Shown in pieces: positions 55,201-63,876 of a stretch of 64,000 nucleotides of DNA. The position numbers and the translations under genes were made by a program. Under the pieces are notes generated by a model. The model saw nothing but the letters and a program-made list of their open reading frames with translations. It was not told the origin of the DNA and made no database searches. The DNA is from an uncultured virus (IMG/VR IMGVR_UViG_3300047160_003987) (taxonomy: Duplodnaviria > Heunggongvirae > Uroviricota > Caudoviricetes): the IMG/VR virus record IMGVR_UViG_3300047160_003987; one strand, given 5' to 3'. Numbering within the stretch: position 1 is the first letter of the stretch; every line of letters starts with the position of its first letter.

Positions 55201-58200
55201 CATTCGTCAGGTTGACATTGGCAGACGTCCCAGTCAGCGCCCAGGCCGTCCCGTCCGGCTTCATCGTCCATGGCGCACCTCCTTGGTTCGCAGTGATGGT
55301 CCCAGATACCGGCTGCGTCACCCCCGAGCCGTCAACCACAAGCCGGCCAACCGAACTCAACAGCAAGCCGTTCATTTGCCCCGTGGTCAGCGTCGGCGGG
55401 CTGGTCAAATATTGCCCGCCTATCGCCGTGCCCGTCGCTGGAAAGCTCGATCCGAACGAACTCGATGTCCCGCCGCCACCCGAGCCCGCGATCACATTGA
55501 CCCGAACCGCACCACTGGTATCCAGGCTGATCGGACTGGTCTGGCCCGTCGTATAGCTCGGGTTGCTGGTCGTCACCGCACCCATCGACAGCGCGCCAGT
55601 CTGGCCACTCGTTGTCGACCCCTGCGCCGCATTGCTGGGTTGGTTGGCCGATGTCGCGGCGCCGGTCGGAAGGCTGATGGTGCCTGAGATATTATTGATA
55701 TTCCAAGTGCCGCCCTGCGAGGCCGTGCACAGCAGGTTGGCAGCATTGTTCTGGTAAGCTACCAACTCATTTAAATTCGGCGTCGATAAATAATAGATCG
55801 TGACCGTGCCAGTCCCAGCGATCACAGTCGACAACCGAACACGAACCTGGGCGCTGCCCGTACTAACGATCTGCCAGGCCAAATTGGTGTTCGCTACCAG
55901 CGTATACGGGTTGGCAATTTGCGCCCCCGTCGACGGATCGATCAGCCGCCCAGCCGGCACCGCCTTCCATACCGTGCCATTGTCAAACGTCTCTTCAAAC
56001 GTCACCGCGCCGCCAGTGATCGTGGTCCCTTGCGTCAGTTGCCCCTGCAGCGTGTTATATGCAGCACTGCTGCTGGGAATAACTGCGACCGTCGTGTTCA
56101 GCGCCGTCGCCGAGGTCCATGCCACCGAACTCTGCGTCGACGGCAAACTCGGAATGACAAAAAGCGGTGAGCCGCTAACACCCAATTGGTTGCTGTTGGC
56201 ATCCCGCAAATTCACCTGCAAAGCCCGATAGGCCGTCAGCTGCATCGTGCCCTGCTGGCCAGCTGTCAGCGGGTTGCTGTTCGCGCTCGCCTGATAAAAA
56301 CCGCCAGACGGTGTAAAATTGCTGCTGCCCGCCGTGAACGTGCTTTCATCCGCCGCCGCCGTCCCACCACTGCCCGCACCAGCCTTGATATTCACCAACA
56401 AATTGCCAGCACTATCCAGCTGCAGCGGGCTGGCATTCCCCGACGTGATGGTCGTTGGCGTCGTATTAAACTCGCCACCCACCAGGAACGCATTGGCCGG
56501 CGCCGACACATTCTGCCCGGCAAAGTCCAGGATCGCACCCGCATTGCCAACCGTGCGACTGGTCCAGTTGCCACCCTGGTTCGCCGTGATGGTGCCGCTG
56601 ATCGGTTGCGTCACCGCCGAGCCATCCACCTTCAACGCACTCGAGGCCGTGACCGCCGCCGTGTTGCCGCCCTGGCTGATCGAGGTCAACCATGGCGTGC
56701 TGTTGGCGGTATTGCCGGGCTGAACCGTCCACGTGCCGCCCTGCGAGGCTGTGACCGTGCCGCTGACAGGCTGGATCGTGGCCGAGGCATCCGTGCGTAA
56801 CGCACCCGCCGTGGTGAGCGAGAACGCATTGCTCGTCGCTGTCGTATAGGACGGCGCCGCAGTCGTTACAGCACCAAGAGCCAGATGTCCGGTCTGCCCC
56901 GTCGTCGTACTGCCCAATGTCGCATTGCTGGGCTGGTTCGCTGATGTTGCAGCCCCAGTCGGTAACGAAACGGTCCCCGAGATATTCGTAATGTTCCAGG
57001 TGCCCGACTGCGTCGCCGCCACTGTACCCGAGATCGAGACCGAGCCCGAAATAGGCTGCGTCACCCCGCTGCCATCCACACGCAGCGCCCCCGCCGTCGT
57101 CAGCGATAACGCATTCGACGTCGCCGTGGTGTAGCTCGGCGCACCCGTCGTGACCGCCCCCAGCGATACCGTCCCAGTCTGCCCCGATGTCGTCGACCCC
57201 AGGCTCGCATTCGATGGCTGGTTCGCACTGGTCGACGCCCCCGTCGGCAGCGAGATCGTGCCCGTCACATTGGTGATGTTCCAAGCCCCGCTCTGCGTCG
57301 CCGCAATGGTCCCGCTCACAGGCTGCGTCGCCTGCCAGAAGGTCCCGCTCACGGGTTGCGTCACAGCGCTGCCATCGACTTTAAGCGACCCGGACACATT
57401 GGTCTGCAGCGCCACCATCTGGCCATTGGTCAGCGACGGCGGTGTCGAAAGGTATTCAGCGCCCGCCGCGGTGCCCGTCGTCGGAAACGTCGCGCTGAAG
57501 TTGGAACTTGTCCCGCCGCTGCCCGCCCCACCCGTAATATTCACGTTCAGCGAACCCGACGTGCTCGAGATCGCATTCCCCGACCCATCCTGCGTCCGCG
57601 TCAACCATGTCCCGCCCTGGTTCGCAGTCACAGTTCCGGATACGGGCTGCGTTACACCGGACCCATCCACCCGGATCGCACCCGCCGTTGTCAATGAGAT
57701 CGGGTTGGTGTTCCCATTCGTATACGTCGGCGCCGAAGTCCCCACAGCGCCCTGCACCAACGTTCCCGTCTGCCCGGCTGTGGCCGAACCCTGCGCCGCC
57801 GCCGTCGCCTGGTTCGCGCTCGTGGCCGCCCCAGATGGCAACGGAAGGGCACCAGCAGAGATCGGCTGTGTCACTGCCGACCCATCCACCTTCAGCGCGC
57901 CCGCCGCGCTCACGGTGGCGCTGTTGCCCCCCGCATTGACCGTCATCAGCCATGGCGTCGTGTTCGCCGTGTTCCCAGGCTGCACCGTCCAGGTTCCCGA
58001 CTGGCTCACAGGAACCGTGCCCGTGATCCCGATCGAACCCCCCGAGATGGCGACCGTCCCGGATACAGTCTGCGTCACCCCGGACCCATCAACCCGCAAT
58101 GCACCCGCCGGCGTGAGACTCAGCGGGTTGGTCTGGCTGGTCGTGTAACTCGGCGCCGCCGTCGACGTCGCCCCCATCGCCAGATGCCCGGTCTGACCGG

Positions 58201-58591
58201 ATGTCGTCGACGCAATAGCCGCATTCGTCGGCTGGTTCGCCGCCGTCGCCGCACCCGTCGGAAGGCTGATGGTCCCCGTGATGTTGGTGATGTTCCACGT
58301 GCCGCTCTGCGTGGCCGCCAGCGTCCCCGATACCGACCACGGCCCGCCGCTCTGCGTCACGGCGCCAATAACGTTCGCCCCCGCCTGCAGCACAATGCCG
58401 CCAACAATGTCCCGCGAAATCGAACGCAACTTGGCAGAGACCGACCCCGCAGCGCCAGCTGTCACCGCGAGGTCCGTTGACGCGCCATAGGTGATATTCG
58501 CACCGTCAAGCAGCGTCTGCCCCAACGTCGTGATGGTGCCGGTCCCCGAGGTGGGAACGCCGTTGACGATGCCTACAATGGGATCGGCCAT
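52232..58591 (-). CDS. giant (2119 aa) T/S/G/A-rich repeat protein, probable fibre
   Basis: Many repeats of W..TN.SGT.SLPTGA.TSANQP...SGQTG...APSYTT....SLTT.GALRVDGS.VTQP.SG; two copies of a globular GQLTQGTT.TGGAVTFEE domain. Confidence 0.85.
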   Translation of the reverse strand: MADPIVGIVNGVPTSGTGTITTLGQTLLDGANITYGASTDLAVTAGAAGSVSAKLRSISRDIVGGIVLQAGANVIGAVTQSGGPWSVSGTLAATQSGTWNITNITGTISLPTGAATAANQPTNAAIASTTSGQTGHLAMGATSTAAPSYTTSQTNPLSLTPAGALRVDGSGVTQTVSGTVAISGGSIGITGTVPVSQSGTWTVQPGNTANTTPWLMTVNAGGNSATVSAAGALKVDGSAVTQPISAGALPLPSGAATSANQATAAAQGSATAGQTGTLVQGAVGTSAPTYTNGNTNPISLTTAGAIRVDGSGVTQPVSGTVTANQGGTWLTRTQDGSGNAISSTSGSLNVNITGGAGSGGTSSNFSATFPTTGTAAGAEYLSTPPSLTNGQMVALQTNVSGSLKVDGSAVTQPVSGTFWQATQPVSGTIAATQSGAWNITNVTGTISLPTGASTSANQPSNASLGSTTSGQTGTVSLGAVTTGAPSYTTATSNALSLTTAGALRVDGSGVTQPISGSVSISGTVAATQSGTWNITNISGTVSLPTGAATSANQPSNATLGSTTTGQTGHLALGAVTTAAPSYTTATSNAFSLTTAGALRTDASATIQPVSGTVTASQGGTWTVQPGNTANSTPWLTSISQGGNTAAVTASSALKVDGSAVTQPISGTITANQGGNWTSRTVGNAGAILDFAGQNVSAPANAFLVGGEFNTTPTTITSGNASPLQLDSAGNLLVNIKAGAGSGGTAAADESTFTAGSSNFTPSGGFYQASANSNPLTAGQQGTMQLTAYRALQVNLRDANSNQLGVSGSPLFVIPSLPSTQSSVAWTSATALNTTVAVIPSSSAAYNTLQGQLTQGTTITGGAVTFEETFDNGTVWKAVPAGRLIDPSTGAQIANPYTLVANTNLAWQIVSTGSAQVRVRLSTVIAGTGTVTIYYLSTPNLNELVAYQNNAANLLCTASQGGTWNINNISGTISLPTGAATSANQPSNAAQGSTTSGQTGALSMGAVTTSNPSYTTGQTSPISLDTSGAVRVNVIAGSGGGGTSSSFGSSFPATGTAIGGQYLTSPPTLTTGQMNGLLLSSVGRLVVDGSGVTQPVSGTITANQGGAPWTMKPDGTAWALTGTSANVNLTNASVAVTGTFWQTTQPVSAASLPLPTGAATSANQPTAAAVGSTSSGQIGNVAMGFTTTGAPTYTTAQTNPLSLTTAGGLRVDGSATTQPVSGSVSITGTATVTGTVTANQGGAPWSMKPDGTTWAMTSTSANVNLTNASVAVTGTFWQATQPVSAASLPLPTGAATSANQPTNAAAASTTSGQTGGLALGAVTTAAPSYTTATSNYLSLTTAGALRVDGSAVTQPVSGTFWQATQPVSGTVTANQGGTWNVTNISGTISLPTGASTSANQPSNAGQGSTTSGQTGTLGMGAVTTGSPSYTTAQTSPFSLTTAGALRVDGSAVTQPVSGTVAVTQSGTWTVQPGNTANTTAWLVTGTGGVFPASQSGTWNITNVSGTVSLPTGASTSANQPSNATQGSTTSGQTGNLGMGAVTTSAPSYTTAQTSPLSLTTTGGLRVDLTGTGANTTALKVDGSAVTQPVSVAAAVTVQQATAANLKGQVDPLTAANWGIGSSTQNSASVANGVMALAQFNTSPTAITSGNMSPLQMDGSGNLLVNIKAGAGSGGTAAQDAAAFTAGTTNYTPAGGFFQTTATNNALTNGQGGAWQMTANRAGFVNLRTATGIELGSNASPLWVYTPSPTQGTGSWTSVTTLNSVISMLATTFVTYNTIVGQLTQGTTLTGGAVTFEESYDGGTNYKTIPVSRLIDPVTGSQLTNPYTFVASTNQAFQIIATGATNVRARLSTVIAGTGTVAVQSDLTTAAHETLAFQNNAANFLCTASQGGTWTSRCVGNGGGVFDFASTQNIATPGQAILIGGEFNTTPTTITSGNSSPLQLDSAGNVLVNIKSTVNQQCVGEIASGTTDSGNPQKIGGLAKTANPTAVSDGQRVTAIFDKLGKQVVVGALRDLKKLQTTTITTTTETTIVTAGSSGVFNDIYGLTISNTSGTAVNVAIKDSTAGTTRMTVMVPAGDMRGFTVPVDSAMVQATAANNWTATVSAAASSIFITALYVQCT

Positions 58592-58593
58592 GC

Positions 58594-59007
58594 TCAGAAC
58601 CCGCAGAGATAGTAGGTTGGCACATACGACGCCGGCGTAATAAACACCTGCGTTGGTAGCTGCAACGTATCTCCCAGCGAGCCCGTGGCGGTGATCGTGA
58701 TGTTGTCGGTTCCTACCGCCATGCTGCTAGAGTTGACCTGCAGCTGGTTCCCGACAATGGTAAAATACCCCAATTGATCGTACGTCAACGAATAGGTGTA
58801 ACTCGGCGATCCTCCCGTAACCGAGATCGTGGCCACCACAGTCCCAATTGGCGAACCGGCCGGAACCATCAGCGGCGAGGGCGTCAGGACTATGGTCCCG
58901 CTCGGAACGTCCTCAATGATCCCCAGATCAGCAAACCTCGGGAATGCCCCGAGAAACGCAAGATAGACTGTTAACGCACCCGAGGCGGCTTCAAACCATC
59001 CAACCAT
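58594..59007 (-). CDS. cadherin/Ig-like domain protein (start uncertain)
   Basis: P.GT.VATISV...YTYSL...FTIVGNQLQV...ITITAT; ends PTYYLCGF. Confidence 0.65.
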   Translation of the reverse strand: MVGWFEAASGALTVYLAFLGAFPRFADLGIIEDVPSGTIVLTPSPLMVPAGSPIGTVVATISVTGGSPSYTYSLTYDQLGYFTIVGNQLQVNSSSMAVGTDNITITATGSLGDTLQLPTQVFITPASYVPTYYLCGF

Positions 59008-59537
59008 TTGCGGTGCTCCGCAATGTCCTCAGCCAATTGCGTCTCGCGAAGCTCAAGATCGTGTTCAACCCGCATGTTCTTCTCGATCACCTTCTTAAGC
59101 GCATCCTCCCGCTGGCCTATATCCTTGGCTTTGCGATCTAGCTCGCGCTCACGGCCTTCCAACATGACCTCGCGTTCCTCTACCTTCGCCATCATCTCAG
59201 CCGCCTTCCGCTCAGCATGCTCAGACTGCTGCTTGGCTCGCTCGGCTGCCTCCCGGGCCGCCTTCGCATATCCAAACTCGCTGGTCGCCTGCGAGGCCAG
59301 CTTGTCCGTCTCATGCCGGATCTTCTCAGCTTCAGCATGGGCATGCTTGGCAGCCGCCTTGTCATCCTCTGTTGCCTTGCGCTGTTTCTCGTACGCCTCC
59401 TCGATCTTCTTGCGCTCCTCTACCATCAGCTTCAACGCCGCCCGCGCCTTCTCAGGGTCCGCCAATACCTGAAGCAAAGCAAAAACAGAACCAGCATCAC
59501 CTGAGACCGGCGGCAGATAGGGTTGCAGACTCATCAT
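58971..59537 (-). CDS. coiled-coil protein
   Basis: Glu/Lys/Arg/Ala-rich heptad-like sequence. Confidence 0.7.
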   Translation of the reverse strand: MMSLQPYLPPVSGDAGSVFALLQVLADPEKARAALKLMVEERKKIEEAYEKQRKATEDDKAAAKHAHAEAEKIRHETDKLASQATSEFGYAKAAREAAERAKQQSEHAERKAAEMMAKVEEREVMLEGRERELDRKAKDIGQREDALKKVIEKNMRVEHDLELRETQLAEDIAEHRKWLDGLKPPRVR

Positions 59538-59547
59538 CGCTTTGCCC

Positions 59548-59865
59548 TCATGAATTGGTGATCACGCTCACAACATGGCCGGCGCCATCCTGCACCATCT
59601 TGTATTCAGTCTGGTTCGCCGCAAGCCTTTGGTTGTTCGCCGTCGCAGTCGTCGTCGCCGGCGGGCCTATCGCGATCGAACAGACCACATCCGTATGCAG
59701 CCGGACCAGACGCGTGTTCGCATTGAAGGGCGATGACTGCGCCGCCGAGGCGCCTATCGTTATCGGCGCCTGATCCACGATCCCGGGCTCACGCACCAGC
59801 TGCGGCGCAGAGTTGGAAAAGGCCTGCGGAAGGTCATGATATTCAGTGACATATAGTTTCGCCAT
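59548..59865 (-). CDS. small beta-rich putative structural protein
   Basis: MAKLYVTEY...QSSPFNANTRLVRLHTD..CSIAIG..RLAANQTEY. Confidence 0.75.
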   Translation of the reverse strand: MAKLYVTEYHDLPQAFSNSAPQLVREPGIVDQAPITIGASAAQSSPFNANTRLVRLHTDVVCSIAIGPPATTTATANNQRLAANQTEYKMVQDGAGHVVSVITNS

Positions 59866-60049
59866 GCTTATCCCCTTCTTCGGCGATCAATTGCTTGATG
59901 CGATCATGATCAGCATGAGCTATCAATTTCTCAAAAACCCTGTCGCTCATCGCAAGCAACATCTCGATTTCCAGCTTAAGCTTCTTGATCTTGCGCTTTC
60001 GCCTGCGCTGCTTCCTGCCCATATCCTGCCTCAGCTGCTTCCTGCCCAT
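59843..60049 (-). CDS. small basic protein
   Basis: MGRKQ duplicated in frame (16-bp repeat at 60007-60022 and 60034-60049). Confidence 0.5.
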   Translation of the reverse strand: MGRKQLRQDMGRKQRRRKRKIKKLKLEIEMLLAMSDRVFEKLIAHADHDRIKQLIAEEGDKHGETICH

Positions 60050-60117
60050 GCCATCGCCTCAGTTCTCTACCCACTGCCTTCATAGCAGGTTTCGCCCGAA
60101 CTGGAAATGCCGCGGTA

Positions 60118-60330
60118 TCATTCCGTCTCCAACATCATAGCCTCGATCTCGCCGAGGCCCTGCAGATACTTCATCCCAATAAGCGGCCCCATATGGTCCC
60201 GCATCCGCACGTCAGTCAGGCACATCCGCAGCGTCATGCAGGCTGCCTCGAAGGTATCGACTTGGTGCGGCGTTAACAGATGGCCGTTAACAACGATCTC
60301 AGGCATGACTTCCTCAGCGACAGGCATCAA
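60118..60330 (-). CDS. hypothetical protein
   Basis: 70-aa coupled ORF. Confidence 0.55.
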   Translation of the reverse strand: MMPVAEEVMPEIVVNGHLLTPHQVDTFEAACMTLRMCLTDVRMRDHMGPLIGMKYLQGLGEIEAMMLETE

Positions 60331-60710
60331 TGCACCTGCACCGCAACTAACCCAAGCTGCCTTTCCATCAGCCGGCTAAACTGCTTGGAAAGTCTCTGCG
60401 CTCCCTTGCGCGTGCAGTCGAGACAGAACGGGCAACCAAACCCCTCGATCTCCTTCGCCCCATCCTCACTGAGTTTAGCAAACCCGAAACCGCCCAAATT
60501 CCCAGGATCATCATCATCGAGATCCTCGAGGCGGTGAATAACCTTGGTGCAGGAAAAGCAGCGCGGCCTCTCATCGGTATACTGAAAATGTTTGTCCCAA
60601 TGTAAGAACGCTTGAAGGAACTCGCGTGCTTGCTCAGTACCCGCATCCGCGGCCCGCGCTGTTTCCTCAAAGTCCTGTATACGGATCATCTGAATGCCAA
60701 CGACCGTCAT
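60327..60710 (-). CDS. Zn-finger-like hypothetical protein
   Basis: CFSC...CPFCLDC; ATGA-coupled. Confidence 0.6.
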   Translation of the reverse strand: MTVVGIQMIRIQDFEETARAADAGTEQAREFLQAFLHWDKHFQYTDERPRCFSCTKVIHRLEDLDDDDPGNLGGFGFAKLSEDGAKEIEGFGCPFCLDCTRKGAQRLSKQFSRLMERQLGLVAVQVH

Positions 60711-61288
60711 TCTCTGCCTCCCAGCTTTTGCGGCTTGTACTCAATAGGTATCGAACGTGAGCGCTCGATCTCATCGATCTCGTCAATAAGCGTCTGCAGA
60801 ATATTGGCCTGGTTTTGACCACTCAGCTCTGTCGTCGCAATAGCCGTCAGCTTCGCATGAACATAGCCAGCAACATCGCGAGCATAGTCGCGAGACTTAT
60901 CGTATAATCTCTCGATCTCTGCCTCTAACGCGTTGGTCTTGGCTATCGTTAGTGGTGTCACCGGCTGATGCGATATCTCATCAAGCATAGCCATTATGTC
61001 GCGGATCGCGGCCGCATGGTAATGCATCCCCATCAAAAGCATCTGCTTAGGCGTAATATCGTGGACGTCCCCAGATGGCCCATTGATGATACGGGCGACC
61101 GTAATGCGCCGATCGATCACTACCGGATCGCGCATGGCTTGGCCTCTACGCCCCAGCGCCTCATACATGATCTCACCCGGGCTTTCGTGGGTGCGGCGCA
61201 GTCGGCGGACACGCTCGCCCTCATACCCTTTGGGCTTAGGCCGCTTGCGAGCATTGCCCCGATGCTCACCTTTCTTGCTTCCGGCCAT
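60707..61288 (-). CDS. terminase small subunit candidate
   Basis: N-terminal KKGEHRG..RK..K and ARDVAGYVHAKL motif typical of TerS-like proteins. Confidence 0.6.
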   Translation of the reverse strand: MAGSKKGEHRGNARKRPKPKGYEGERVRRLRRTHESPGEIMYEALGRRGQAMRDPVVIDRRITVARIINGPSGDVHDITPKQMLLMGMHYHAAAIRDIMAMLDEISHQPVTPLTIAKTNALEAEIERLYDKSRDYARDVAGYVHAKLTAIATTELSGQNQANILQTLIDEIDEIERSRSIPIEYKPQKLGGRE

Positions 61289-61476
61289 CTCGCCTCAACT
61301 CCCTGACGCCACGTTTCCTGTGCTGCATATCTTCCAGCACAGCAAGCGCACCCTGGCAAAGAGCGGCCGCAGCACGAAGCCATTCAATGACATCAAGCTC
61401 CAGCCTGGCACGCCGTCGCCTGTCAAACCGTGGCCTGCGCTTCTTGGCTACCAGGCGTCGACCGCCAGTACGCTTT

Positions 61477-61851
61477 TTACTTTCGGCCATCTCGCTTCAG
61501 TTCCATGTTGCGCTGCTTCTGCTTGAACCGCGCCTTGCGCTCTTTAGCCGTCATTGCCTTGAGGCCGATCGGCGGCCGACCACCAGAACGTTTTGGCTTC
61601 ATCTGGAACGATTCCTGCGATGCTTTCGTTCCAGCAGGCGCTTCCATTCCAACAGACCGTTCCGTTCCAGGCTTTTCCATTCCAGGCTTCTTGCCTGGCT
61701 TATCAGGCGCCATCCTCTGCTTCACCTGCGCTATGATCTCGCGTAACGTAGCCGAGGACTGCGGTATGGGGGCTTTAGCATTAGCCTTCCAGCGAGCCTC
61801 TCTGGCCAGCCTGAGCGCCTTGATCTGCCGTTCTTTTTCGCCTATTTCCAT
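61477..61851 (-). CDS. basic hypothetical protein
   Basis: GGRPPIGLKAMTAKERKARFK motif. Confidence 0.6.
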   Translation of the reverse strand: MEIGEKERQIKALRLAREARWKANAKAPIPQSSATLREIIAQVKQRMAPDKPGKKPGMEKPGTERSVGMEAPAGTKASQESFQMKPKRSGGRPPIGLKAMTAKERKARFKQKQRNMELKRDGRK

Positions 61852-61860
61852 TGGTTTATC

Positions 61861-62073
61861 TCACTGTGCTGCCTCTGCTACAGGATCCATTGACTCTGAT
61901 TCCTCGTAGTCAAATAGCCCGCACCTCATCAACATAATGGCCTCTGCATTGAAGGATACGCCTCGCCTCTCTGCCCGCATATTTATGCTGGCGAATAACT
62001 CAGGTGACATGGTGACAGCTATCCTGATACGATCGCCTCGCAAATTTCCCTTAACGCCTTTAGCCATCATCAA
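61861..62073 (-). CDS. Arc/ribbon-helix-helix DNA-binding protein
   Basis: RIAVTMSPELFASINMRAERRGVSFNAE. Confidence 0.7.
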   Translation of the reverse strand: MMMAKGVKGNLRGDRIRIAVTMSPELFASINMRAERRGVSFNAEAIMLMRCGLFDYEESESMDPVAEAAQ

Positions 62074-62330
62074 GCGGTGCCCCCGCGGTTGGTAGGTTTC
62101 TCGACGAACATCCTTTCAGCCTGCTGGGCTGCGGCGATCGAGAGCAATTTATTGCCGAATTCAGTCAGGACGTTCCCCATGATGACCATGGTGGCGAACA
62201 CGGTTCCCTCATCATCAAACAGGTCGATATGATAATGGTCGCAGTTTCCGCACATATAGCCGTGCCAGCCGGCGGCCAGCATACGGCCATCCTCAGCGAG
62301 CCGCGGTTCAGCCTGGGTTTTTAACACCAT
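62070..62330 (-). CDS. hypothetical protein
   Basis: CGNCDHYH motif; GAGGG RBS. Confidence 0.6.
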   Translation of the reverse strand: MVLKTQAEPRLAEDGRMLAAGWHGYMCGNCDHYHIDLFDDEGTVFATMVIMGNVLTEFGNKLLSIAAAQQAERMFVEKPTNRGGTA

Positions 62331-62607
62331 TGATATGATCCCTCACCATGTCCTGCAGCGTCTGGTTCTTACTGATGCGGCGCATCATCTGGTCAACGTC
62401 TTTGTGGACGTTGTCGAATATCCGATCGAGCGGCGCATCGGCCGGCAGCCCGATCTCGACGCGATGCGTGAGAATACCGAAACAACAGACAAAGCCCATC
62501 ACATAGCTGACTTCATCGAGAGGGGGTTGGCCCATCATCGCCTGAACCCGGTTCGCCACATCGAACCCCTTCTCGATCGTGTTCCCCATGTCGTGCAGAT
62601 CCGGCAT
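62308..62607 (-). CDS. hypothetical protein
   Basis: GAGGA RBS before MPDLHDMG. Confidence 0.6.
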   Translation of the reverse strand: MPDLHDMGNTIEKGFDVANRVQAMMGQPPLDEVSYVMGFVCCFGILTHRVEIGLPADAPLDRIFDNVHKDVDQMMRRISKNQTLQDMVRDHINGVKNPG

Positions 62608-63250
62608 TATCGTCATCCTCTTTTGGTACCCAATGCAAAGCGGCTGCGACTGACTTCGTGAGGGCCTCCTTCTCTGCTGGGACGTAAACAAGCTGCTCTA
62701 AGTCAGGCAGTCCCCTGTATATCGCCTCTAGCACTTCACCACGGCTCGCGAGCCGACCCTCGGTGTACCATATCACATTGGTAGGCTCTTTCAGAGAAAA
62801 CAGCACACCGCCATCCACCTTCTTGAGACGATAGCCCTTGGTGATCCAGATAGCCGTCACGCCGGGGTTATGCAGCAGCGGCTCACCGGCCATTGTGCCA
62901 TCAGGCACATCGATCTCATTGCGGCGCATGCGGGGGTTGGACAGGAAAGGACAGGCTTGCACCGCATAGACGGCGCATTCGAGATGACATGGCGGTTCGC
63001 TCGTCACCCGGTTGACGGTGCACATGGGACCGAGCACGAAGCAGAGATATTGCCCCAACTTGGTGCCGCACAGCCAGCACAGCTTGTTCTTGATGCAGCC
63101 TTCGAACTTATCCGGATCCGCGGCACGGAAGTCGCCGCTTTCCGGAACGAAATATGGCACCGGATAGCCACGGGCATTGATCGGCAGCCGGGACATGCGC
63201 ATTGGCATGCGGATAGACCGGATCGAGGCGTTGAGCTTATTTACATCCAT
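62513..63250 (-). CDS. Cys/His-rich phage protein
   Basis: RGYPVPYFV, LCWLCG, EPPCHLECA.YA..ACPFL; GGGGAG RBS before MDVNK. Confidence 0.75.
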   Translation of the reverse strand: MDVNKLNASIRSIRMPMRMSRLPINARGYPVPYFVPESGDFRAADPDKFEGCIKNKLCWLCGTKLGQYLCFVLGPMCTVNRVTSEPPCHLECAVYAVQACPFLSNPRMRRNEIDVPDGTMAGEPLLHNPGVTAIWITKGYRLKKVDGGVLFSLKEPTNVIWYTEGRLASRGEVLEAIYRGLPDLEQLVYVPAEKEALTKSVAAALHWVPKEDDDNAGSARHGEHDREGVRCGEPGSGDDGPTPSR

Positions 63251-63498
63251 GGTGGCGTCTCCCCTTCGATCAGAAGGTTCGCCGGCCAATGCGGCAATTT
63301 TCCGGTCCTGTTGTAGGCCTCCCAGATCAGATGCACAAACCGACCCAGATGCAAGGGTATCTGCTGATCACCTTCCAGCCTATGGATGCGGTTCTCGACG
63401 TTCTGATCCGATCCGGTATAGCCGATGATGTGGATGGCAAAGTCGAGCTTGTTGAGCCCCATTGCACGACGGATCATCCTTAACTGAGTTCCGGTCAT
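63241..63498 (-). CDS. XRE-like HTH protein
   Basis: MTGTQLRMIRRAMGLNKLDFA...IHRLEG...IP. Confidence 0.7.
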   Translation of the reverse strand: MTGTQLRMIRRAMGLNKLDFAIHIIGYTGSDQNVENRIHRLEGDQQIPLHLGRFVHLIWEAYNRTGKLPHWPANLLIEGETPPWM

Positions 63499-63710
63499 CC
63501 TGTGAGCCTCCGATGATGTCGGACGGTGTTGCCAAACAGAGATAGAGCATCTTCGAGGTCCTGTCCAAGATGGCTGATGGTCATATGCTTAGGCTCGTTC
63601 ACAAGCCAGAACGCCGCTGTGTAATTGGGAAGATGGGAATGGACGCTGCGGCTTTGCCACAGCTCCATTCTGATCCCGTCGATGGTAACCCTCCAGAGCA
63701 CTGCACTCAT
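63495..63710 (-). CDS. hypothetical protein
   Basis: GGAGG RBS, ATGA-coupled. Confidence 0.65.
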   Translation of the reverse strand: MSAVLWRVTIDGIRMELWQSRSVHSHLPNYTAAFWLVNEPKHMTISHLGQDLEDALSLFGNTVRHHRRLTG

Positions 63711-63865
63711 CGGAACACCTCCCTCAATTCACGGATCGCATATTCCCGCTTGGGGTATTCCCTGCGGGCCACCCGCCATGCGTCACGCTCGTCTTTGGCC
63801 TCCACCGTTGCGTCAAAATACCAGTGTTCGGCGCGCTCCCACACTCTAACATCGAAATATTTCAT
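63707..63865 (-). CDS. 52-aa hypothetical protein (below cutoff)
   Basis: GGGAGCATCACA-ATG; MKYFDVRVWERAEHWYFDATVEAKDE...REVFR*. Confidence 0.65.
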   Translation of the reverse strand: MKYFDVRVWERAEHWYFDATVEAKDERDAWRVARREYPKREYAIRELREVFR

Positions 63866-63876
63866 TGTGATGCTCC

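Noticed and set aside
52548..58490. Many long plus-strand ORFs opposite the giant gene (for example 57150..58148)
   Set aside because: Antisense shadows caused by the codon bias of a repetitive, GC-rich gene; no independent motifs.
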